The position numbers were made by a program, and so were the translations under genes. A DNA stretch of 43,240 bases from a virus (lineage: Duplodnaviria; Caudoviricetes): the IMG/VR virus record IMGVR_UViG_3300010218_000018, positions 1 to 43,240 of that record. One strand, written 5' to 3'. Below the pieces are notes generated by a model. It was not told the origin of the DNA, did not search any database, and worked only from the letters and a program-made list of their open reading frames with translations. The stretch's first letter is position 1; each line of letters begins with the position of its first letter. This document shows, in pieces, positions 1-7,306 of the stretch.

Positions 1-56
1 CGCCGCATGACCGCGCCCCCCTGCACCCCGCTGATAAGCCGTCCCTGTAGTTCCGC
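1..56 (+). repeat. Terminal overlap copy 1 (identical to 43185..43240)
   Basis: CGCCGCATGACC...GTAGTTCCGC identical at both ends; probably circular-assembly overlap. Confidence 0.95.
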
Positions 57-165
57 CGCCTACCACACGCCTAAGGGGGAAGGGGGTGGCTGCGCTGCGG
101 ATGCCCCCGCCCGTGCCACCATAATTTCCCAAACCTTCCTCGCGGTCGAGGAGGGCCGCATCTGA
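7..165 (+). CDS. Small hypothetical protein (52 aa, MTAPPCTPL...EEGRI)
   Basis: Translated by hand. ATGA overlap with the methyltransferase stop across the circle junction and TGATG coupling to the ORF at 165. Confidence 0.55.
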   Translation: MTAPPCTPLISRPCSSAAYHTPKGEGGGCAADAPARATIISQTFLAVEEGRI

Positions 166-908
166 TGGGTTATCATCCAGAGACCATGGTTTGCAGCTTC
201 CCGAAGTATAACGGAAGGCTCAGCCGCTTTCGCAATTTCATCGGATTCGATGTCTGGCACATCGACCCGGAGCGCAATGTCCCCGATCAGCGACGCGATG
301 ATAGCTGCGGATGGTTTCCGCGCAACCTGACGCCGGAATTGCGGCGCGGGGTCGATGAGCTTTGCTCCAAGTCCCACGAGGACGTTCAGGCACGCATACA
401 ACAAGCGTTCGACCGCTGGACAATTCCTGACGCGCGCTATCCGTCGCTCAAGGAAATGCCGATGGATATTGCCTTTGCGACGCACCTGATGACGCTGATG
501 TGGATCGACCGGCTTTCCTTCCGGAGGTGGGAGCGGCGTCTTTGGAGGCGTGGCACGCCAATGGGCAGGATCACAAAGCTGGCCGCCTCACTCGCGTTCA
601 GCACTGTGGACAACCTCAACTTCGCCGATGATGTTCCCAGATATATCCGCTTGCTAGCCGCAGCCTATCGTCGCGACCTCCGGCCTTGGTGGAAGCACCC
701 CCGCTGGCACGTGCATCACTGGCGGATCAATTTCGATCTGACCCGCAACCTTCGCCGCATGTTCCAGCGGTGTCCAGCCTGCAACAAGGCGCTCGGGTTT
801 GGCTGCGTCCCTCATGGGTACGGCGACAAGCTTTATCACGGGACCTGCTCGCCATCGGGCCCGAACACTGTCGGCTGCGCAAGCAACCCCACCCCTTCTC
901 GCGCCTGA
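165..908 (+). CDS. Phage hypothetical protein, Trp/His-rich with C-terminal CxxC..H..C
   Basis: 247 aa ORF; motifs VWHIDPE, DDSCGW, HPRWHVHHW, CPAC; coupled start. Confidence 0.75.
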   Translation: MGYHPETMVCSFPKYNGRLSRFRNFIGFDVWHIDPERNVPDQRRDDSCGWFPRNLTPELRRGVDELCSKSHEDVQARIQQAFDRWTIPDARYPSLKEMPMDIAFATHLMTLMWIDRLSFRRWERRLWRRGTPMGRITKLAASLAFSTVDNLNFADDVPRYIRLLAAAYRRDLRPWWKHPRWHVHHWRINFDLTRNLRRMFQRCPACNKALGFGCVPHGYGDKLYHGTCSPSGPNTVGCASNPTPSRA

Positions 909-923
909 GGAGGGGCGCACGAT

Positions 924-1214
924 ATGATGAAAGCCATCACAATACCGGTGAACGGCGTCTATTTCGACCAAATCGGCGCAGGGACAAAGCGCGAGGAATA
1001 TCGGCTGGTAACGCCGTTCTGGGAAAAGCGCCTGGTCGGTCGCAGCTATTCGGCTGTCGTAATGACGCGTGGCTATCCGAAGGCTGGTGGCATCGATGGC
1101 CAGACGCGCCTCACGCGCCGCTGGAAGGGCGTCAGCCGGAAGACGATCACGCACCCGCATTTCGGCCCTGAGCCGGTTGAGGTCTTCGCGATTGACGTAT
1201 CCGAACCCGCCTAA
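924..1214 (+). CDS. ASCH-domain (PUA-like) protein
   Basis: YFDQIxAGxKxEEYR...YWxKRL-type ASCH signature; SD GAGGAGG upstream. Confidence 0.8.
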   Translation: MMKAITIPVNGVYFDQIGAGTKREEYRLVTPFWEKRLVGRSYSAVVMTRGYPKAGGIDGQTRLTRRWKGVSRKTITHPHFGPEPVEVFAIDVSEPA

Positions 1215-1238
1215 CCCCACCCCTCTAGACCAGTAGAG

Positions 1239-1664
1239 ATGGAGATGATGATGGACGAAGCGACACACTTGGAGGTCGATGCAGGCGTCCGATATTGGGA
1301 AGATGCTGTCGTCAACGGCGTGACCGACGACAACGGTTCGCTGATCCCGGGCCGGGATGGCGACGGCTGGCATGTCCGGATCGACCTGGAACACGGGCGC
1401 ATCGAAGATTGGCCATCCGGTACGACGGCAGACATTCACTACAAGGTCTGCGACGAAGGTGTTTATTGGCTGACCGACGCGGTCGGCAAGCGCATTGCCC
1501 AATGGGGTGGCTACTATGTGCCCGATGCGTTCCTCTGCCACGGAGACGAGGGCTTCGGCGACTACATCATCATGAAAGTCGGCGAGGATGGGGCAATCGC
1601 GGGATATAGACGCCCTGCGATCGAGCCGGAAAGATGGCGGGCGGTCGAAGCTAACCCCGCCTAG
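1239..1664 (+). CDS. Conserved phage hypothetical protein
   Basis: VRYWEDA, HYKVCDEG, YVP, GDYIIM motifs familiar from phage hypothetical proteins. Confidence 0.75.
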   Translation: MEMMMDEATHLEVDAGVRYWEDAVVNGVTDDNGSLIPGRDGDGWHVRIDLEHGRIEDWPSGTTADIHYKVCDEGVYWLTDAVGKRIAQWGGYYVPDAFLCHGDEGFGDYIIMKVGEDGAIAGYRRPAIEPERWRAVEANPA

Positions 1665-1685
1665 GGATCATACTCAACTAAGGAT

Positions 1686-1865
1686 ATGGGGATGAATGAA
1701 GAAGCCGATAAGCGTTTCGCCGCGCTGATCCGCGAGCGCTGCTCCAGCGGTGACTACGAAGCCAACGGGTGCGAGCTGGATAACATCATGCTCAAGCTGC
1801 TACACGAGTTGAAGATGCCCGAGACGATCGAGGCCTTCAATGCGGTCGATTGCTGGCGTGCTTAG
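1686..1865 (+). CDS. Small hypothetical protein (59 aa, MGMNEEADKRF...DCWRA)
   Basis: Translated by hand; fills the gap in the co-oriented array. Confidence 0.6.
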   Translation: MGMNEEADKRFAALIRERCSSGDYEANGCELDNIMLKLLHELKMPETIEAFNAVDCWRA

Positions 1866-1910
1866 GCTATCCACTCTGGACGACCGCAGCACGGGTATGG
1901 GAGGTGAGGG

Positions 1911-2237
1911 GTGAGTGAGTGGCAGCCGATTGAGACTGCGCCGAAGGATGGGACGGTCATTGACCTTTGGGTCGCCTATCGCAACGGCGAGGGAGAGCGT
2001 GTCCCTGACGCATTCTGGACCGATGACGGCTTTGACTTTGGCCCCGACCGCGCCGACGGGTCGCCCGGATGGGCTGCGGCCAATATGGGCTACGACGGTT
2101 GCGATGGGTACGCTGACGATCCGGAAGACGGTCTCATCGCTACTCACTGGATGCCGAAGCCCTCAGCGCCGACGGCAGACCCCGGCATCCCCGTCTATCG
2201 CCACCCCGACGCTACTGATGAGTTTGTGAAGCCATGA
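1911..2237 (+). CDS. DUF551-like protein
   Basis: WQPIETAPKDG...THWMP signature; SD GGAGG. Confidence 0.8.
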   Translation: MSEWQPIETAPKDGTVIDLWVAYRNGEGERVPDAFWTDDGFDFGPDRADGSPGWAAANMGYDGCDGYADDPEDGLIATHWMPKPSAPTADPGIPVYRHPDATDEFVKP

Positions 2238-2485
2238 GCGCGGACGAAGCCGCCTTGGGCAGTGAATTGCTGGAGTATGCTTTCAATCTGATGCTCGACG
2301 CGCGCCGGCATTGGAAGAAGCCGAAGTCCTGGAAGCTGAGCGCAACGGGCGAGCGCCTATTGTTGCGATCGGCAAGCGAGGAAGCGGTGCGGGCGCACTG
2401 CTCCGGGCGTGAGCCTACGCTCTTCGGTATCCCCGTCACCGTCGAGCAGTTCGTTCCGCATGACGTAGAGTTAGTGACGGCCTGA
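2234..2485 (+). CDS. Hypothetical protein
   Basis: ATGA overlap with the previous gene; last gene of the plus-strand array. Confidence 0.65.
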   Translation: MSADEAALGSELLEYAFNLMLDARRHWKKPKSWKLSATGERLLLRSASEEAVRAHCSGREPTLFGIPVTVEQFVPHDVELVTA

Positions 2486-2491
2486 ACAGCC

Positions 2492-4015
2492 CTAACCCAC
2501 CGCAGCCGCCGCAATATCCCCCGCCAGCGCCGCAAGCTGCCGCTGCATGTCTGCCACGCGGGCGGCGAGGGCGGAGAACGGGTCCGGCCGCGCCATCTTC
2601 ACCAGCCGATCATAGAGCGGGTACGGCGTGCCCGCGATATGCGGCAGCGCGCCCCAGACGCCGAACTGCGTGAGCGTGCCGGTCAGCTGGTAGTGCAGCA
2701 CGTCGCGCGCGCCCGCATCGAAGGCCGCCTGGGCGTTCTGCGCGATCAGGTCGGCCATCCGGTCGCTGTGCACCAGAGGATCGAGCCACGCGAGGAAGGC
2801 GGCGCGTTCAGCGGCATCCGTCATGCTCGGCGCGCTGGTGGTGATAGAGATGTCCGTCTCGTAGACGTCGAAGGCGATGCCCTGCGTCCGCCAGCAATCG
2901 GCCGCAGCCTTGTGGCGGGCGGCGAGGACCGGAATTTTCGCCGTGACCGACTTGTAGAAGCCGTCGGCGTCGTTCGCCTTCCACAGCGCGAGCAGCGCGG
3001 GCAGCTCGGTCTTGGGATAGTTGAAGTTCAGATAGCCGGCGTTCGAATAGCCAGCGATCAGGGACCGCGGCGCGCCGGATTCATCCCAGCCCGCCAGCAT
3101 CGCAGCCATGGTCGCGGCATTGTTGCTCGTGGCCTGGCTGCATAGTTCGACGGTGAAGCGGTCGCTGACCGATGCGGCAAGCTTCGCCATTAGGCCGGAG
3201 CGATAGGCGCTGTATCGGCGAATGTCGGTCGGCTGGGGCTTTGCCATGCCATAGCGCGCCGACGCCTGCTGAGCGGCCCACTTGGCATGGTAGGTCCATC
3301 CGAACTCGTTCGACCATTCCAGCCGGATCTTCTGCGAACCCGCCGTGCGATCAAGCGCGTGGAAGGTGTCGAGCATCTGCGCATCGGTCATCAGGTGGTG
3401 GATCGGGTACCAGATCGGCCGGCCGACCTTTGCCGCAAACTGGCCCACGAGCTCGGCGGGCATGCCGCCGCGGGCGGAAGTGAAATAGGCGTTGGTGAGC
3501 AGCGGCCGGCGATCAGGGAAGCTGTCCTGGTTGGTGACGTTCCAATCGAGGGTGCGCAGGATGGCGAACGGCGCGACCCGCGCGATGAAATCCGGATTGA
3601 AAACCTCGCCCTTGAGATAAGCGGCCTCATGGTCGGCGCGCATCAGCACGAACTTGGCGACAGGCCCGGTCGAAACAACCGTCACCTGCACGCTTGCGCC
3701 AAGATCGGGGCGGGTCAGCGTGAAGGTGGCGCGGCCGTCCGCCGGGACGATGGCCTTCGGCACGCCGCTCACGCTCACCTTCGCCACCGTAGGGTCGCAG
3801 AGGATCACATAGTCGTGCGTCCCCGGATCGAGCATGGCGACGCGCGGGACTGCGCCGGCGGCCGACGGAAGCGCCGTGTCTGCGGCGAACGCGCCCACAG
3901 GCAGCGAGGCGTTACCCGTCTTCGCCAGCGGGTCGCCAGCCATCCGCATCCGGTCAATGAAGGGGCATTCGGGGCTGTAATAGGTGATGCCGCCGAGGTT
4001 CATGCCGAGGGTCAT
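2492..4015 (-). CDS. Putative clan GH-A (beta/alpha)8 glycoside hydrolase ('cellulose-binding protein'-annotated family)
   Basis: Motifs LGMNL..PFID, FNPDF, LRxxDW..TN, GxPxE, EWSNE (acid/base) and VYE (nucleophile); SD AAGGAG; starts 3 nt after the o-spanin stop. Confidence 0.65.
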   Translation of the reverse strand: MTLGMNLGGITYYSPECPFIDRMRMAGDPLAKTGNASLPVGAFAADTALPSAAGAVPRVAMLDPGTHDYVILCDPTVAKVSVSGVPKAIVPADGRATFTLTRPDLGASVQVTVVSTGPVAKFVLMRADHEAAYLKGEVFNPDFIARVAPFAILRTLDWNVTNQDSFPDRRPLLTNAYFTSARGGMPAELVGQFAAKVGRPIWYPIHHLMTDAQMLDTFHALDRTAGSQKIRLEWSNEFGWTYHAKWAAQQASARYGMAKPQPTDIRRYSAYRSGLMAKLAASVSDRFTVELCSQATSNNAATMAAMLAGWDESGAPRSLIAGYSNAGYLNFNYPKTELPALLALWKANDADGFYKSVTAKIPVLAARHKAAADCWRTQGIAFDVYETDISITTSAPSMTDAAERAAFLAWLDPLVHSDRMADLIAQNAQAAFDAGARDVLHYQLTGTLTQFGVWGALPHIAGTPYPLYDRLVKMARPDPFSALAARVADMQRQLAALAGDIAAAAVG

Positions 4016-4018
4016 GGC

Positions 4019-4270
4019 TTACTCCTTTGGACCTACGGCCCATGCCTTGAGCGCGTCGAAGCGTGCGGACACCACGCGCCCGAAGTCCCGCAGGGCGACG
4101 ATGTAGGCGCCCACCGCGGCGTCCGTGGTCTCAGTGGGAACCGGCGGCTGCGGGGGCAGGGGAGCCACCAGCGCGGGCGGCGGCGGTGCACTCTTTACCG
4201 CTATCCGCTGCTCGCAGGCAGCCAAGCAGAGCAGCAAGGCCGGGGCTAACAGGCGCAGGGTGTGTCGCAT
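4019..4270 (-). CDS. o-spanin (Rz1-like lipoprotein)
   Basis: Lipobox LAAC after a hydrophobic signal; Pro-rich; overlaps the 3' end of the i-spanin gene. Confidence 0.85.
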   Translation of the reverse strand: MRHTLRLLAPALLLCLAACEQRIAVKSAPPPPALVAPLPPQPPVPTETTDAAVGAYIVALRDFGRVVSARFDALKAWAVGPKE

Positions 4271-4565
4271 CGATCGTCTCCTGAAGTGCGGCCTGGTCCT
4301 TGTCCTTGGCCGAGGATGCCGCGAGCAGGCCGGAGGAAAGCGAGGTGAGCCCGGCCACGTCGCGCTGGCGCGCCTGCTGCTCGGTCGCCAGATCCGTTTG
4401 AAGGGTGGTGATCTGGCCGGCCTGCTTGGCGATCTTCGCCTGCATGCCGTGGATCCACAGCACGAAGCCGAGGACGACGAGGCCGGCTGCCAAGTAGGGC
4501 AGTAGCGCTGCGGCGACCCGGCCGACCTTTTCCCCCAACTTGGCGACGAGAAAGGCTTCGATCAT
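4131..4565 (-). CDS. i-spanin (Rz-like)
   Basis: N-terminal TM followed by coiled coil; overlapping lipoprotein gene. Confidence 0.8.
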   Translation of the reverse strand: MIEAFLVAKLGEKVGRVAAALLPYLAAGLVVLGFVLWIHGMQAKIAKQAGQITTLQTDLATEQQARQRDVAGLTSLSSGLLAASSAKDKDQAALQETIDATHPAPVSPGLAALLGCLRAADSGKECTAAARAGGSPAPAAAGSH

Positions 4566-4912
4566 GGCGCGGTCTCTACGGGGACAGGCTGTTCGGGATC
4601 ATTGGTGACGACGACTGGCTGCGGTGCGCCGGTGGTCGTTCCTGCCTGCGCAGCGGCCGTGACGGCATCGAAAGCCTTGGCCGTATTGTCCGCGCGCTGT
4701 TCGTCGACCTTGTTGGTGCGGAAGATCATCGCGGCGATCGTGCCGAGCACGCCGACGAGGCCGGTGACGGTCTTGTCCGACACGGCGATCAGGGCGTCGG
4801 GCAGGTTCTTGCCGAGCAGGCCAGCAACGACGACCGGGGCGAGCGCTATCATCAGCACCGCCACGACCAGCGCCAGGAACGCCATGAGTTGTTCGCGGGA
4901 GGACAGGCTCAT
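4562..4912 (-). CDS. Putative holin (two TM segments)
   Basis: Two hydrophobic helices and a hydrophilic tail; lies between endolysin and spanins. Confidence 0.6.
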   Translation of the reverse strand: MSLSSREQLMAFLALVVAVLMIALAPVVVAGLLGKNLPDALIAVSDKTVTGLVGVLGTIAAMIFRTNKVDEQRADNTAKAFDAVTAAAQAGTTTGAPQPVVVTNDPEQPVPVETAP

Positions 4913-4950
4913 AGACCTTCCCCGCACAAGCGCCGCCTGCTAAACGGGAC

Positions 4951-4984
4951 GGGTCGGAACAGTGCTGGACACACTGCCCGACCC
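4951..4984 (+). promoter_or_regulatory. Stem-loop upstream of the HNH-AP2 gene
   Basis: GGGTCGG-AA-CAGTG-(CTGGACA)-CACTG-C-CCGACCC. Confidence 0.5.
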
Positions 4985-5010
4985 TGACCACCATGCGAAG
5001 GAACCGCATC

Positions 5011-5577
5011 ATGGCTATAAAGCCGCTGCCACCCGCAGATGTTCTGCGCAAGCTTCTCGATTATAATCTTGAAACGGGAGAGCTTTATTGGAAGCCGCGT
5101 CCCGCATCGATGTTTCAGGGTCTGAAGCACTCGCCCGAGCGCTGCGCTAATGCTTGGAACACCAAATATGCCGGGATGCCAGCTTTCGACTCCATTCGCC
5201 GCGACGATGGATACCATAAGGGAGCCTTCGAGGGACGGGTCTACACAAAGCACCGGATTATCTGGAAGATGGCGACCGGCGTGGATCCGCAAGAGATCGA
5301 CCACATCGATGGAAACCGGAGCAACAACGGGATCGGAAACCTCCGAGAGGTAGATCGGCGACAAAACACCTGCAATCGGCGCAGGCCCACCAATAACCGG
5401 TCGGGCGTCATCGGCGTTTATTTCGACCCGAATACAGGGCTTTGGCGCGCTAAAATTGCCTACCGCGGCATGGTCGAGCGGCTTGGAAGCTTCCCGACCA
5501 TTGAGGCTGCCGCGGAAGCGCGCCGTGACGCGGAAATTCGCTACGGCTTCCATCCGAACCACGGGCGCGATGGCTGA
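5011..5577 (+). CDS. HNH homing endonuclease with C-terminal AP2 domain
   Basis: HRIIW, IDHIDGNRSNN..NLR (HNH); SGVIGV..WRAKI..LGSF..EAAAEAR (AP2); SD AAGGA. Confidence 0.9.
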   Translation: MAIKPLPPADVLRKLLDYNLETGELYWKPRPASMFQGLKHSPERCANAWNTKYAGMPAFDSIRRDDGYHKGAFEGRVYTKHRIIWKMATGVDPQEIDHIDGNRSNNGIGNLREVDRRQNTCNRRRPTNNRSGVIGVYFDPNTGLWRAKIAYRGMVERLGSFPTIEAAAEARRDAEIRYGFHPNHGRDG

Positions 5578-5585
5578 GGCCGCGC

Positions 5586-6194
5586 TCACGCCGACACCGC
5601 ATTGTAAGCGTAGAGCCCTTGGCTCCGCATGATGCTCTTGAGCGTGGTCCCGTAATTGCGGTCGGTCGCATAGACGCCGGTCAGCGCGTCGGCGAAGCTG
5701 TCGGCATCCGGCAGCAGCGTGCGGGCATGCTCATACGGCGCGCCAGTGGCGAGCAGCTGCCCGTGATAGTCGAACGCCTCCGCGATCGAGCCGAACTTCC
5801 GGAACGGCTGGGGCCCGGTCCAGTTGGCCTGACCATGGAAATCCTGCTCCCGGGTCGTCGCCGATACGAAGGGTTCGATCACCCGGCCGTCGCGCACGCG
5901 CGCCTTGATCCCGAACGGATTGTTGCTGCCGGCCGGCATGTGCTGGCCCCAGCCCGATTCCAGCGCGAATTGCGCCAGGCTGACCGAGGAAGGGATATTC
6001 CACCGCAGCTGCGACAGCTGGGCCGCCTTCAATACGTCCACGCTGAGCTTCGGGTGCGGCATCGGATCGCGCGATAGCTGGGGGGTCGCCATCACGGGCT
6101 GCAGGATCGCGTTCACCGCGTCCACCTCCGCCTGCGTCAGCGGGTTGCCTTTGATCTCGCGGATCTTGTCGAAGAGGCGCTTTGCGTCGATCAT
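5586..6194 (-). CDS. Endolysin, GH73 glucosaminidase (FlgJ-like)
   Basis: AQFALESGWG, NNPFGIKA, FRKF.S..E, YATD..Y motifs. Confidence 0.9.
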   Translation of the reverse strand: MIDAKRLFDKIREIKGNPLTQAEVDAVNAILQPVMATPQLSRDPMPHPKLSVDVLKAAQLSQLRWNIPSSVSLAQFALESGWGQHMPAGSNNPFGIKARVRDGRVIEPFVSATTREQDFHGQANWTGPQPFRKFGSIAEAFDYHGQLLATGAPYEHARTLLPDADSFADALTGVYATDRNYGTTLKSIMRSQGLYAYNAVSA

Positions 6195-6727
6195 TCGCTT
6201 GCTCCTTTTCGCGCCGGCTTCGCGGGCAGATCGGAGGGAACTTCCGTCACCGCCACGCCCTGAGAAGCCGCGATGATCTTCGCGCCACGGATAGAGGCCG
6301 TCTCAGCAGCCTCGATCGCTTCCAATTCCTTCATGCGTTCGCGCATCTTGGCAGCGTGGGATGACGCGTTTTCTGGGGCGGCCTCGATCAGATCGAGCGT
6401 GCCGAGAAGGATCTGCTTCGCATTGCGGGTGGCGTGGCGCTGCAAGCCCAGCTCCGCCTCGTGGTTCGCCCGCTCGACCTTCAGCTGCGCCTCGTAGCTG
6501 GCGCGCTGATCCTCCATCTTCTGTTCGAGACTGTCCACGCGGCCCGTGAGCCGCGCAATCTCGGCGGTCTGCGCGTCGATGAGGCGCTGGAACTCATCGA
6601 TCCGCAGCTTGCGCATCGGCACCCATTGGCGAACGATCAGCCCGACCAGCGCGAAGAAGGACGCCCAGGCGCCCGCTGCCGTCCAAGTGAAGCCGTTCAC
6701 CGCGACCGGAATGGCATCGTGCGCCAT
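6191..6727 (-). CDS. Membrane-anchored coiled-coil protein (holin/antiholin-like position)
   Basis: One N-terminal TM plus long coiled coil; ATGA overlap with the endolysin gene. Confidence 0.65.
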   Translation of the reverse strand: MAHDAIPVAVNGFTWTAAGAWASFFALVGLIVRQWVPMRKLRIDEFQRLIDAQTAEIARLTGRVDSLEQKMEDQRASYEAQLKVERANHEAELGLQRHATRNAKQILLGTLDLIEAAPENASSHAAKMRERMKELEAIEAAETASIRGAKIIAASQGVAVTEVPSDLPAKPARKGASE

Positions 6728-6992
6728 CAGTGGGACCGCACGAGGGCGAGCGCGCGGCATTCCACCCGAAGGTGGAAGGGCATGTAAAACATAGGTTAGG
6801 GCCTCCCGTGGGCGCGGTTGCAGTTAGCGCCGCTTTGGATTGCAATCTGCGTTAGGGCGTTGCGGCCAAGCGTTGAGCCGTGGTAGCCCCCTGGCCGGGG
6901 AAATATGCAATCTCAGACCTTCTTCGGCACAACGCGCTTTGGCGCGTCCCGTCGGGCTGGTTTAGCAGATTGCTAATCGACGGGGGGCTAAC

Positions 6993-7175
6993 ATGTACCT
7001 GCGGAACGCGAGCCGGCTGCTGGCGAGAAACTCAGCGTCACGAGACGTCCCATCGATCGCCCACAGGGCCGCGAAGGCGCTCGGCCGTATCTGGGCCAAG
7101 TGGACGGATCCGACTTGCCCGGACTGCGGTTCGGCCAAATCCTGTCCGGAATGCCTCCTGGAGAACAACTTCTAA
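6993..7175 (+). CDS. Small Cys-rich protein (CPDC..CPEC)
   Basis: 60 aa; two CxxC; TAATG coupling to the next ORF. Confidence 0.5.
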   Translation: MYLRNASRLLARNSASRDVPSIAHRAAKALGRIWAKWTDPTCPDCGSAKSCPECLLENNF

Positions 7176-7306
7176 TGGAAGGGCTCGCGAAAGGGATCAT
7201 TTTCGTGGCCGTTGCGGCTGTTCTTGTAGCCACCGTGTCGGCATGCGTGCACACTATGTGCTGCGAACAATCAGGCCGAAGCTTTCATTACTCGACGAAA
7301 CATTAG
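7175..7306 (+). CDS. Small membrane protein or lipoprotein (43 aa)
   Basis: MEGLAKGIIFVAVAAVLVATVSAC: hydrophobic helix ending in a lipobox-like VSAC. Confidence 0.5.
   Translation: MEGLAKGIIFVAVAAVLVATVSACVHTMCCEQSGRSFHYSTKH

Noticed and set aside
1-56. 56-nt terminal repeat as a biological DTR
   Set aside because: It falls at an early-gene junction far from the terminase/cos region, and its length fits an assembler k-mer overlap. The HNH-terS-terL layout suggests cos ends.
6795-6858. Mini-CRISPR array
   Set aside because: Repeats are only 8 nt and there are no cas genes; kept only as a possible binding array.
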